A stretch of DNA of 15,109 nucleotides, from positions 1 through 15,109 of the forward strand of contig JBFGLM010000083.1 of the NCBI GenBank assembly GCA_041576165.1, written 5' to 3'. The DNA comes from Acidimicrobiia bacterium (GTDB lineage: Bacteria; Actinomycetota; Acidimicrobiia; Spongiisociales; Spongiisociaceae). Position numbers and translations under genes: made by a program. Positions 1 through 8,589 of this stretch are shown one piece after another (position 1 is the first letter of the stretch; every line of letters starts with the position of its first letter). Under the pieces are notes generated by a model. That model did no database searches, was not told the origin of the DNA, and saw only the letters and a list, made by a program, of their open reading frames with translations.

Positions 1-2198
1 ACGCCGATCAGGAAGCTCTCGACGATCGCCATCCGCAGGGCAGTGCGGATCTTCACACCGAACGCAAACATGGTTGCGTGCTCGCGGGCCCTCGCCTCCA
101 GGTTGATGGCGGCGGTGTTGAAAGCGATGAGCAGCGCCAACAGCAGGATTGCCACGACCATGACCTGGATGATCCCCAGCAGCTGATCGAACGCGTCGCG
201 CACTGCCTCGGTGATGGCCGTCACGCCCTGAACCGACGACACATGATCAAGCCCGAACAACTCCCGCTGTATGTCGGCGGTCGATCGGCCGGGCACCGGC
301 AAGACGCTGAGCGTGTTGGTAGCTCCCTCGAGATTGAACAGCCCGGCGTGCTCGATGTCCATATAGACGAAACCTCGAGCCGGATAGGGGTGTTTCGCCA
401 GCACGGGGAGAGTGCTCTCGACGATTGAGAAGGACCGCAGACCCTCGCGGCGTGGATGACGCAGGGTCACCGTGTCACCGACCGCGACGCCGAGGTCGGC
501 AGCTGCCTTCTCGGTGAGAAGCACCCCACGCTCGGCGGTCAGAGCTCCGGCGGTGAGGGTAGGGCGCCACATGCCGTCCTCGAGATCGGCCAGCGTGACG
601 AACACGTCGATCGCGGCCGCCGCCGAGCTGACTGTCCCGCCCAGACGCAACGCGGGCTCCACCTCTCGTACGCTCTCTGTCTGTGCGACGGCGGCGATCT
701 CGGGCGAATCGATGAGCCGGAATGTGTCGAGCCTCACGACGACTCGATCTGGCGCATTGCCGGTCGCCTCGTGCTCGGCGGTGTCGACTGCGCCGAAGAC
801 CGAGTCCATGATCCCGAGGAAGCCGATCAGCACGGTCACGGCGGCGGCGATCCCGAGCGTCGTGAGGATGGTACGGCGGATTTCCCGGCGCAGACTGCGA
901 ACGGGCAGCACTGCGAAGAGATTGCGCACACGGTGACGCGGGGTTCGAGCGCTGCGCCCGCCGGTGCGGGTCAAGTGTGACGGCTTGATTGCATCAACCG
1001 GCGCAACGCGGACGGCTCTCCACACCGGAATGATGCTGGCAACAAACGGGACGAAGAGGCCGATCAGCGCCACTCGGGCGAAGAGACCCGTCTGAAATGG
1101 TGTCTCCCACACCGGGAGCGGGATGTAGCTCCGGAACACGGCGCCCATGGCGTTGCCTATGACCGCCCCCACGGCAACCCCGAACGCCACCCCGAGCAAC
1201 GCGATTTGAGCGCTGACCAGAAGCGGGCGTACCGCGAGCTGAGCCGGCCTGACCCCCTGGGCCATGCCTATGCCGATGTCCTGGCGCTGCTGTTCCGAGA
1301 GCCGGTGGATCAGATTGAAGGCAGCCCCGACCGCACCGACGAACAGCAGCACGGCGAGGGCGTTGAATATCGCCTGGTCCTGATCGACGTCGGTTGTCAA
1401 GGCCGTGTACGAGAGATTGTCCTCACGGGTCGAAACCGTCGCCGCCGCCGGCAACGTCCCCAGTGCGGCGCCCAACTCTTGGGCGACGGCATCGCGGTCA
1501 GCTCCGTCTCGGATCGTGAGTACCAGGTTGTTGACCTGATCGTCGAGGCCGGATACAGCTTGGGCGGTTTCGAGGGTGGTGAAGATACCCGCAAAGGTGG
1601 CCTCCGACATGAACATCTCGCCCTCCGGAGCCACCGTGAAGTATTCGGGAGTGCTGGCCTGAGCCACGTAGTCCAGGGTTCGGCCTCCTCCGACCGCGAT
1701 GTGGCCAGTGTCGGGGAGGCCGTAGTGCGCGGCGAACGTTCGATCCAACATGGCGTTCAACGACCCGGCATCTCCGGCGGAGAGGGCACGCCCGGTAAAT
1801 GCATGGTATGAGTTGACGGCGGGGCCGTCATCGGAGAAATTCGTCCCGGTGATCTCACCGCGAACGAGGATCGTCTCGGACGGGAGCGACGCGTCCACCT
1901 GGACCGGCACGATCAGCCGCTCTTCCCACGCGGCGACCGATTCAACTATCGGCGATTGGTTCACGAGCCCGGTCAGAGTTCCACGGTCGACGGTACTGCC
2001 GGTCGCCAGGTCGATCCGCAGGTCGTACATGCCGAGCCGTTCGTAGCTGATGTCGTAGGAGAGCTCTCGCCAGCGCGTGGAGGAGGACAGACCCGCGTAT
2101 CCGCCGGTTCCGATGGCGATGACCAACGCGATCGCAGTGACCTTGGTCCAGTGTGCCCGCAAGTCCCGCCACGACCAGCGCAGCAACAGGCGAAGCAT
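1..2198 (-). CDS. FtsX-like (MacB/LolCE-type) ABC transporter permease, 3'-partial (runs off the left edge)
   Basis: Missing from the ORF track because it has no stop in the window. ATG at 2198 follows GAGGAGG. It begins MLRLLRWSWRDLRAHWTKVTAIALVIAIGTGGYAGL and in the same frame ends AINLEARAREHATMFAFGVKIRTALRMAIVESFLIG, a typical FtsX C-terminal motif. It lies directly downstream of an ABC ATPase. Confidence 0.92.
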   Translation of the reverse strand, partial: MLRLLLRWSWRDLRAHWTKVTAIALVIAIGTGGYAGLSSSTRWRELSYDISYERLGMYDLRIDLATGSTVDRGTLTGLVNQSPIVESVAAWEERLIVPVQVDASLPSETILVRGEITGTNFSDDGPAVNSYHAFTGRALSAGDAGSLNAMLDRTFAAHYGLPDTGHIAVGGGRTLDYVAQASTPEYFTVAPEGEMFMSEATFAGIFTTLETAQAVSGLDDQVNNLVLTIRDGADRDAVAQELGAALGTLPAAATVSTREDNLSYTALTTDVDQDQAIFNALAVLLFVGAVGAAFNLIHRLSEQQRQDIGIGMAQGVRPAQLAVRPLLVSAQIALLGVAFGVAVGAVIGNAMGAVFRSYIPLPVWETPFQTGLFARVALIGLFVPFVASIIPVWRAVRVAPVDAIKPSHLTRTGGRSARTPRHRVRNLFAVLPVRSLRREIRRTILTTLGIAAAVTVLIGFLGIMDSVFGAVDTAEHEATGNAPDRVVVRLDTFRLIDSPEIAAVAQTESVREVEPALRLGGTVSSAAAAIDVFVTLADLEDGMWRPTLTAGALTAERGVLLTEKAAADLGVAVGDTVTLRHPRREGLRSFSIVESTLPVLAKHPYPARGFVYMDIEHAGLFNLEGATNTLSVLPVPGRSTADIQRELFGLDHVSSVQGVTAITEAVRDAFDQLLGIIQVMVVAILLLALLIAFNTAAINLEARAREHATMFAFGVKIRTALRMAIVESFLIG

Positions 2199-2211
2199 CT
2201 CGATCGCCTCC

Positions 2212-2910
2212 TCACCAATGCAGGTCCGTGACCGGCGCGCGGCCGCCGGACGGCGGACCGTCGCTCACGATGCGCCCACTCGACAGTTCCACCACTCGGT
2301 CAGCCATCCGGGAGATCTCGCGGTTGTGCGTGACGACCATCACCGCCCGGCCCGGACCGGCCTGCTGTTGGAGCAGTTCGAGGATCTGCACGCCGGTACG
2401 AAAGTCGAGTTCACCGGTGGGCTCGTCGCACAGCAAGACCGGGTTTCGGGTCGCAAGCGCCCGGGCGATGGCAACCCGCTGCTGCTCGCCGCCCGACAGC
2501 TCATGCGGGAACCGATCACCATGATCACCGAGGCCGACCGCGTTCAGCGTTGCGTCGGCATCTGCGTCCGAACCGGCTGCCTGGATGCCGAATTGCACGT
2601 TTTCGCGAGCGGTCAATCCTTTGAACAGGTTGAACGCCTGAAATACGAAGCTCACTGTGTGCGCACGGAACGCGAAGAGGTCTCGGCGGGAAGAATCCGT
2701 GATGTCCGTGCCGGCGACGCGCACAAAACCGCTGGTTGGCGTGTCGAGCGCGCCGACGATGTTGAGGAGCGTCGTCTTGCCGCTTCCCGACGGCCCGAGC
2801 ACGACGACGAACTCGCCTTCGTCGACGAGCAACGTGGTGTCCGCTAGTGCAGTGACGGCCAGCGGGCCGGCGCCGTAGCGTTTGGTCACATCCTTCAACT
2901 CGATGAGCAT
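2212..2910 (-). CDS. ABC transporter ATP-binding protein (LolD/MacB-like)
   Basis: Walker A GPSGSGKT, Q-loop FVFQ, signature LSGGEQQRV, Walker B LLCDEPTGELD and H-loop VTH. ATG 2910 follows GAGGTG; the track's GTG 2916 lies inside that RBS. Confidence 0.96.
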   Translation of the reverse strand: MLIELKDVTKRYGAGPLAVTALADTTLLVDEGEFVVVLGPSGSGKTTLLNIVGALDTPTSGFVRVAGTDITDSSRRDLFAFRAHTVSFVFQAFNLFKGLTARENVQFGIQAAGSDADADATLNAVGLGDHGDRFPHELSGGEQQRVAIARALATRNPVLLCDEPTGELDFRTGVQILELLQQQAGPGRAVMVVTHNREISRMADRVVELSSGRIVSDGPPSGGRAPVTDLHW

Positions 2911-3206
2911 GATCACCTCACGCAGCCGCCCCAGCCGGCGGCGTCAGTGCCACCGGAGCGGGATTTGTCGGCTTCTCCTGTCAGCTTCCTTGCAGGATCT
3001 CGGGGGAACTAGAGGCAGGCGTCACCTCAGGATTGGCAACCGACGGATCTCCTCCCCGGTCGGCAATACGACGGTTGCGCCCCTCTCGAATGGCCCGCAG
3101 CAGGTTCCCGGGCCGCCTTCGGCTGCACGGCAGAGCGGCTCGATAGCCTCTTGTCCGGCAAGGCGGGAGCGCATACCGTGGAGTCCGAGGACTCCGTAGG
3201 AAGGAA

Positions 3207-5036
3207 ATGCCCGTGCGGGCGCATCGTGTGCTTGCAGGAGCGGTGGTTTTCAGTTTCGTCTTGGCCGCAGCTGCGTTCGGGGCCGACCTCGATGTCGTGA
3301 CGATCGAGCGGATCTCCGAAGGCCCTGGGGGCATCGGAGCCGACGCTCAGACCCTCGGGGTGGCTACCGCCGGTGATCGGTGGGTGGCGCTTGACTCCGA
3401 GGCCGGGAATCTGGTGCCCGGCGACACCAATGGTCTGTCCGACATCTTCGTCCTCGATCTCGCCACCGGGGCGATCGAGCGGGTGAGCGTCACCAGCACC
3501 GGTGAGCAGGCAGATGGGCGGAGCTTCAACCCGACCATCGACGCCGCCGGGCGGTACGTCACGTTCGGGTCCCAGGCTCCCAACCTCACCGGCTGCACCG
3601 AATGCGGCGACGTCTTCCTCCACGATCGCCAGACGGGCGACACCATCAATCTCTCCGCCCCGCCGGGCGCCCCGCTTGACCGCATCTCCAGCCGCGCCCG
3701 GATCTCCGCCGACGGCAAGTGGGTGGTGTTCACGTCCGAGATCGCCCTCGTGTCCGGTGACACCAATGGCGTCACCGACGTCTACCTGTACGAGGTGGCC
3801 ACCGCCGACCTCACCAGGGTCAGCACCACGGCCGGCGGCGGCCAGGCGGACGCCCCCAGCCTGTGGGCCGACGTGTCCGCCGAGGGCGACTGGTTGGCGT
3901 TCACCTCGCTGGCCACTCTCGTCCCGCACACGCCCGACCCCACCTGCGTCGACATCTCCGGCGAAGGCTGCCGCAACATCTACATCCGCCATCGCACCAC
4001 CGGAGCGGTCACCCGCGTCACCCGGGACACCTCTGGCGGCGGCCCGAACGGATCCAGCTACACGCTCGATTTCCCGGCCCGGGAAACCCCGGGCGGATGG
4101 ACCCTCACGTTTGCGTCCGACGCCACCGACCTCGTGCCCAGCGAGGCGGCGGCGCTGGCCACAGTCGAGGTCCACACCCAGGTGTTCGTCGCCGAGAACC
4201 GCACCGGGCTGAGCGGTCCCGACGCCATCGACATCGAACGGTTCGCACCCACGGACACCGACCCCAACTTCCCGGGATCGGTCTCGCCGGCCCTGTCACC
4301 CGACGGGCGGTTCATCGTGTTCGAAGCCGAACCCACCGACGGCGGCGGCAGCATGTTCCTGGCCGACCGGGCCACCGGCCGCATCCGCCGGCTCGTCGCC
4401 GAGGCCGCGTTGACGGTACGAAGCTCCGATTTCCTCGCCGACGCACGCGACATCGCCTTCATAGCCACGACCCCGCTCGTCCCCGACGACACCAACCTCT
4501 TGGACGACGCCTTCCTCACCCGCTGGACGCCGTTCCTCGACATCATGGGTGATTTCTTCGAGGCCGAGATCCGCTGGTTAGCCGCCGAGGAGATCACGTT
4601 CGGCTGCACCACCACCAAGTACTGTCCGGCGGCCGGGTTGACCCGGGGCCAGGCAGCGTCGCTCCTCGCCCGGTTTCTCGGACTGGCCCCATCCGGCTCC
4701 GATGCCTTCAGCGACGACGACCGCTCGGTGCACGAGGGGGCGATCGACGCCCTGGCTGACGCCGGGATCACTCTCGGATGCGCACCCGGGCTGTTCTGCC
4801 CCGCCGACATCCTGACCCGAGCCCAGATGGCGAGCCTGCTGGCCCGGGCCCTCGGGTTGGGTGGCGCCGCCCCCGATGCGTTCGGGGACGACGACGGGTC
4901 GGTACACGAGACGGCGATCAATCGTCTGGCCGACGCCGGCGTCACGCAGGGCTGCGCGACGGATCGGTTCTGCCCCTACGACCCGGTCCGTCGCGACCAG
5001 ATGGCCGGCTTCCTGTTCCGGGCAGACGGCCTCTGA
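3207..5036 (+). CDS. Secreted TolB/PD40-like beta-propeller protein with three C-terminal S-layer homology (SLH) domains
   Basis: RBS AGGAAGGAA. Signal peptide ends AAAFGA. Repeats LVPGDTNGLSDIF, LVSGDTNGVTDVY, LVPDDTNLLDDAF and ISADGKWVVF / LSPDGRFIVF. Three SLH units of the form FxD...GC...CP...TRxQxA. Confidence 0.9.
   Translation: MPVRAHRVLAGAVVFSFVLAAAAFGADLDVVTIERISEGPGGIGADAQTLGVATAGDRWVALDSEAGNLVPGDTNGLSDIFVLDLATGAIERVSVTSTGEQADGRSFNPTIDAAGRYVTFGSQAPNLTGCTECGDVFLHDRQTGDTINLSAPPGAPLDRISSRARISADGKWVVFTSEIALVSGDTNGVTDVYLYEVATADLTRVSTTAGGGQADAPSLWADVSAEGDWLAFTSLATLVPHTPDPTCVDISGEGCRNIYIRHRTTGAVTRVTRDTSGGGPNGSSYTLDFPARETPGGWTLTFASDATDLVPSEAAALATVEVHTQVFVAENRTGLSGPDAIDIERFAPTDTDPNFPGSVSPALSPDGRFIVFEAEPTDGGGSMFLADRATGRIRRLVAEAALTVRSSDFLADARDIAFIATTPLVPDDTNLLDDAFLTRWTPFLDIMGDFFEAEIRWLAAEEITFGCTTTKYCPAAGLTRGQAASLLARFLGLAPSGSDAFSDDDRSVHEGAIDALADAGITLGCAPGLFCPADILTRAQMASLLARALGLGGAAPDAFGDDDGSVHETAINRLADAGVTQGCATDRFCPYDPVRRDQMAGFLFRADGL
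4533..5030 (+). repeat. Three tandem SLH-coding repeats
   Basis: FLDIMGDFF...ITFGCTTTKYCP...TRGQAASLLAR; FSDDDRSVH...ITLGCAPGLFCP...TRAQMASLLAR; FGDDDGSVH...VTQGCATDRFCP...RRDQMAGFLFR. Confidence 0.85.
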
Positions 5037-5129
5037 CCGGCGGTTCCCCCGGTTGCACCACAAGGGGGTCGCAGCATTCGGTGCTCCATGCGTCAGGGCC
5101 GTTGTCGACGGCCGTCTAGGAACCGCTGG
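5037..5129 (+). other. Branched stem-loop directly after the SLH gene stop (possible terminator or stabilizer)
   Basis: CCGGCGGTTCC (5037-5047) pairs with GGAACCGCTGG (5119-5129). Inner stem GGCCGT (5097-5102)/ACGGCC (5108-5113). No U-tract. Confidence 0.45.
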
Positions 5130-5137
5130 CACCCCTT

Positions 5138-5269
5138 CGGTTCGGTGTATGGCATTGAGGTTGTACACGCCGTAGGCGGTCGGCCGGTTCACTCGCCTGC
5201 TCCGGGTGTGATTCTCGCCTTCTCTTAGGCACCGCAGTCGCGAGGGGGCCGACCAGCTACACCGAACCG
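5138..5269. repeat. 132-bp element with perfect 12-bp terminal inverted repeats (REPIN/MITE-like)
   Basis: CGGTTCGGTGTA (5138-5149)/TACACCGAACCG (5258-5269), with nested GGTCGGCC (5178-5185)/GGCCGACC (5247-5254). Confidence 0.6.
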
Positions 5270-5345
5270 CCCGGCGCCTACTGCATCCAGGCCCCGCCGC
5301 TCGGAGGTACCTGGTCCGGGTGACGCCCTCGCGCTCCGGTCAGCG

Positions 5346-6269
5346 CTACCCGCGAGTCACAGCAGGCCGGGGACGCTCAACCGAGTCCGACTCCTCGCGC
5401 GGCGGCACCGTCGTTCCGAACAACGCTCTTCCGATACCGATCATAAGCACCGGCCACAGCACGCCGAGGGTGAGGAACGTGACGCCGAAGACCTCGTCCC
5501 CTGCCCCCGGAGAGATGAACAGCTCGGCTGCGAGCAACACGTTCACGCTGTAGTGCATGACGACGCCCGCAAAGACACTCCCAGAGCGCTGCACCAGATA
5601 GCCCCATCCCAAACCGAGCGTGGTGGCGGTGACCACGCCGGCGAGGACGCCTGCGGCGTCGTCCCACACCCACAGGTTGGTGAAGTGGTAGAGCCCGAAG
5701 AGCAACGAGCTGATCGCGAGCCCACGGCGCGGGATCGGATGATCTTCGAGGTGGGCGAGGATCGCTCCCCGGAACGCCAACTCCTCCCAGATGGCAGGCA
5801 CAAGGGCGAGGAGCAGGATGATCCACTGCTCGTCACGGATGAGCGCACCCGGATCCGCCCGGAACTCGCCCATCACCAGCGGCACCAGGGCGATGATCAT
5901 CACCATTGCGGCTACCGCCAGCAGGGTTGCGACGAGCGTCTTTTGTGGCGACGTGCCGAGCGACACGCGAATGTGGGTCAGGTATCTCCGAAGGCCTCCG
6001 GCGCCGCGTGGGTAGCCGAACATCGCCGGTGTGAGGACCAACACCAGGAGCGCTCCCATCAGCATGCGAAAGACCACGTCGGTGAGTCGAACCGACACGC
6101 TTCCAGGAAGGCTGGGCTCAATGCGCTCTTGGAAGTCGATGAAGTGCGTGAGCTGCAGCAAGAGACCGGCCAGGATCGCAACCACGATCGAGGCGATCAG
6201 CGGGTGATGGTGCAAACCTCGTCGATCTACTTCCGAGCCGACCAGGTATGCGTCTTCTTTTGGAGCCAT
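5346..6269 (-). CDS. CPBP family intramembrane glutamic endopeptidase (CAAX protease/Abi family)
   Basis: Multi-pass membrane protein with EELAFRG, FGLYH and MHYSVN motifs. The start is uncertain (ATG 6269 preferred; the frame is open to 6317). Confidence 0.88.
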   Translation of the reverse strand: MAPKEDAYLVGSEVDRRGLHHHPLIASIVVAILAGLLLQLTHFIDFQERIEPSLPGSVSVRLTDVVFRMLMGALLVLVLTPAMFGYPRGAGGLRRYLTHIRVSLGTSPQKTLVATLLAVAAMVMIIALVPLVMGEFRADPGALIRDEQWIILLLALVPAIWEELAFRGAILAHLEDHPIPRRGLAISSLLFGLYHFTNLWVWDDAAGVLAGVVTATTLGLGWGYLVQRSGSVFAGVVMHYSVNVLLAAELFISPGAGDEVFGVTFLTLGVLWPVLMIGIGRALFGTTVPPREESDSVERPRPAVTRG

Positions 6270-6323
6270 GGTCACGGCCCTTCGACCTCGAGCGTGCCCC
6301 GATTGCGCCATCTGCACCAGATC

Positions 6324-6349
6324 CCAACGTCACGCAATCGTGACGCTGG
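6324..6349. promoter_or_regulatory. Palindrome upstream of the CPBP gene (candidate operator or hairpin)
   Basis: CCAACGTCACG-CAAT-CGTGACGCTGG; 10 of 11 arm positions are complementary. Confidence 0.4.
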
Positions 6350-6444
6350 CGGCAAGTCGTGGTTGGATCCTCACAGCACAACCCGCGGGCCGCCCTGTCG
6401 GCGGCGCAGGTTGCTCGGTCTGCTGTCGCTCGCTCGTCGTGTTG

Positions 6445-7230
6445 TCAACCGGCCGGGGTGTGCATTCCCTCCGCCAGATCGATGCTTTCACCTCGGCCCA
6501 GTCGCAGCGTCCGCCAGCCGGAGCCCAGGTGGAACACGGCGATCGCCAAGACGCTCACAGCGACGAACATCGATCCGGGATCGACCATTCCTATCACAGC
6601 GCCGATGACACCCAGTGTGCCGAGGCCGATGGCGAGCATGCTGAGCCGGCGACCGAATGCCGGCGCCTTCCACATGGCGACGCCGAACAGGACGATCCCG
6701 ATCGGGACGAGGAACACCCCCGTCACGAGCATCGTGTCAAACACGCTCTGTGCGCCGTGCCAGGCGTACTCGATCGCCCGCAGATCTCCGGGCGCCGCAT
6801 CCGTGTACAGGTCGGCCAGCGGCGAGGTCGAGAGGTGCAGGACCGAGCTGGCAGCCATCATGACGAAGCCGAACGCGGCCACCACCGCGCCGAAGAGCGC
6901 CGCTGCCAGATGGGATTTCCGAAGCAACCGATAGAGCACCACAACGTGGAGGGCGAACAGCATCAGGGCCCCGAGATACAGAAAGTGCTCCGCGATGCGG
7001 CCGGATTCGATGTCGGCGAAGTCAGTGAGGGTCTCGACGTCCGACGCATCAGGAAGCCCCAAAACGGTGACGACGATGGCCGAACCGAGCAAGAGGACGA
7101 AACCGCCCAACCCGGCCAGCCCGCCCCAGCGGGTCAGCTGACGATCTTGCGTTCGTCGCAAATCCGACGACGAGGGCGGTACTGAGGGCGCCGATTCTGC
7201 TAACGCACCGGGCTCCGATGACACAACCAT
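6445..7230 (-). CDS. DUF4386-like multi-pass membrane protein
   Basis: Strong RBS AGGAGGAGG. About six hydrophobic segments, with N-terminal WGGLAGLGG and GIVLFGVAM...FGRRL patterns reminiscent of DUF4386. Confidence 0.7.
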   Translation of the reverse strand: MVVSSEPGALAESAPSVPPSSSDLRRTQDRQLTRWGGLAGLGGFVLLLGSAIVVTVLGLPDASDVETLTDFADIESGRIAEHFLYLGALMLFALHVVVLYRLLRKSHLAAALFGAVVAAFGFVMMAASSVLHLSTSPLADLYTDAAPGDLRAIEYAWHGAQSVFDTMLVTGVFLVPIGIVLFGVAMWKAPAFGRRLSMLAIGLGTLGVIGAVIGMVDPGSMFVAVSVLAIAVFHLGSGWRTLRLGRGESIDLAEGMHTPAG

Positions 7231-7421
7231 CTACCTGCCTCCTCCTGGAATGTGACAACTGGTGTGGGTCCCTGATGGAACGCTCCAACCAGTCACACTC
7301 AGCTTGCCCGGCATTGTCCCGTGTGCACAGAGGCAAACGTCACCCACGGTCGACGCGGTCCCGCCTGAGATGGTGTCACACACACCGGCCGTATGTTCGC
7401 AGCATGGCAGCGATCGCACTG

Positions 7422-7450
7422 CATACCAATACGGTATACTGAATGGTATG
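7422..7450 (+). promoter_or_regulatory. mazEF leaderless promoter and autoregulatory operator
   Basis: -10 TATACT (7435-7440) sits 7 nt before ATG 7448. CATACCA (7422-7428)/TGGTATG (7444-7450) inverted repeat surrounds a central GTATAC palindrome. Confidence 0.8.
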
Positions 7451-7747
7451 GCAACGACCCAGATCGCGGTTCGGCTGCCCGACGCCCTGCTGCGGCAGCT
7501 GGACGAGCTGGTTGAGCTCGGCGAAGCCAGCAGTCGGGCCGACGCAGTGCGGACCGCGCTCGAGCACTACGTCCGCATCACCGAGTCGCGTCGGATCGGT
7601 CGCCAGATCGCCGCCGGCTACGAGCGTCACCCCGTGGGTGAACCCGACGAGTGGGGAAACCTCGACGAGCTAGCCGACTGGGGCGCGGCCTCGGTACTGC
7701 GCGACCTCGACCGCCAAGACGACGAAGCAGACTCGGGCCAGTGGTGA
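7448..7747 (+). CDS. mazE: Ribbon-helix-helix antitoxin, MazE5-like
   Basis: TQIAVRLPDALLRQLDELV...SSRADAVRTAL is an RHH domain. The acidic tail YERHPVGEPDEWGNL resembles M. tuberculosis MazE5 as I recall it. Its stop overlaps the toxin start (GTGA). Confidence 0.88.
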   Translation: MATTQIAVRLPDALLRQLDELVELGEASSRADAVRTALEHYVRITESRRIGRQIAAGYERHPVGEPDEWGNLDELADWGAASVLRDLDRQDDEADSGQW

Positions 7748-8052
7748 GACGAGGCGACGTATGGTGGTACGAGCCGCCCCACTTGAAACGCCGTCCCGTC
7801 GTCATCCTCACCCGAGACGAGGTGATCCCACACCTGAACCATCTTGTCGTCGCCCCGGTCACGACCCGGATCCGCTCGATCCCTACCGAGGTCGAACTCG
7901 ACCGAACCGATGGCATGCCGACCGCCTGCGTGATCACTCTCGACAACGTCATGGCGGTGCGGCCCGGTCACCTGACTGAACGCATTACGACGCTCGGAGC
8001 CGATCGGATGTGCTCGATCTGCCGAGCGCTGGCCTCCGCGCTTGCCTGCTGA
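7744..8052 (+). CDS. mazF: PemK/MazF family endoribonuclease toxin, MazF5-like
   Basis: RRGDVWW...KRRPVVILTR...VVAPVTTRIRSIPTEV...LDNV. Catalytic Arg and Thr equivalents are present. GTG 7744 is coupled to the antitoxin stop. Confidence 0.95.
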   Translation: MRRGDVWWYEPPHLKRRPVVILTRDEVIPHLNHLVVAPVTTRIRSIPTEVELDRTDGMPTACVITLDNVMAVRPGHLTERITTLGADRMCSICRALASALAC

Positions 8053-8093
8053 CGGCTAGTCTCCACCCGCCTCGAACCCGCACCGATCGGGTC

Positions 8094-8543
8094 TCACACC
8101 CGTCGCGGCGGGATGTCGCTCATGCGGGGAATGGCTCCCAGTGCCTTCTCCACCGACTCAATGTGGCTGACGCACTCTGTGATCAGCTCGGTGAGGACCT
8201 CCCGATCGACGTCGTCAAGGCGTTTGATGTGGACCGTCGACTTGCTGGCCTGGTGGGGCCCCAACCTTTCGAGGATGTCCTCGAAGCCGCGCAGACCCGA
8301 CATGATGTAGAGCGTGATCCGGGCCTTGCGGGGAGAGAAACCGACGGTGAAGAAGTCGCCCTCGTGCCCAGTCTTGTATCGGTAGTGGTACTGGCCGAAC
8401 CCAATCGTGTTCGCGCTCCACACTCGCGGCTCCTCGCCGGTGACCTCGGCCATCAGGCCGAGCAGCGCTCCTGCGTCCTGCCGCCGGCCTTCATGGGCAA
8501 CGCCGTCGATGACGGCCTGAAGTGCGTAGTGATCTGAGCTCAT
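8094..8543 (-). CDS. DUF1801 (YdhG-like) domain protein
   Basis: EVTGEEPRVW...IGFGQYHYRYKTGHEGD...GFSPRKARITLYIM...LGPH...IKRLDDVD matches the family pattern. Confidence 0.9.
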   Translation of the reverse strand: MSSDHYALQAVIDGVAHEGRRQDAGALLGLMAEVTGEEPRVWSANTIGFGQYHYRYKTGHEGDFFTVGFSPRKARITLYIMSGLRGFEDILERLGPHQASKSTVHIKRLDDVDREVLTELITECVSHIESVEKALGAIPRMSDIPPRRV

Positions 8544-8589
8544 CGTCGGGCAGTCGACCCGGCCGTGGTGTCAGCGGCCCGGCGGTGAA

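Noticed and set aside
78-2847. Plus-strand ORFs over the ABC genes
   Set aside because: They are antisense shadows typical of high-GC DNA; the minus strand carries clear permease and ATPase motifs.
3180-3195. GGAGTC-CGAG-GACTCC hairpin before the SLH gene RBS
   Set aside because: A single 6-bp stem that does not sequester the RBS; plausible by chance.
3027-5192. Long alternative-frame and antisense ORFs in the SLH gene
   Set aside because: Low-complexity Arg/Pro/Gly translations overlapping a well-supported gene.
7325-7360. GCACAGAGGCAAAC resembling the start of a c-di-GMP-I riboswitch
   Set aside because: The GAAA tetraloop hairpin and GCAAAGC segment are missing, and the downstream gene appears leaderless.
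7262-7447. N-terminal extension of the antitoxin ORF in the track
   Set aside because: The promoter/operator and RHH domain place the start at 7448.
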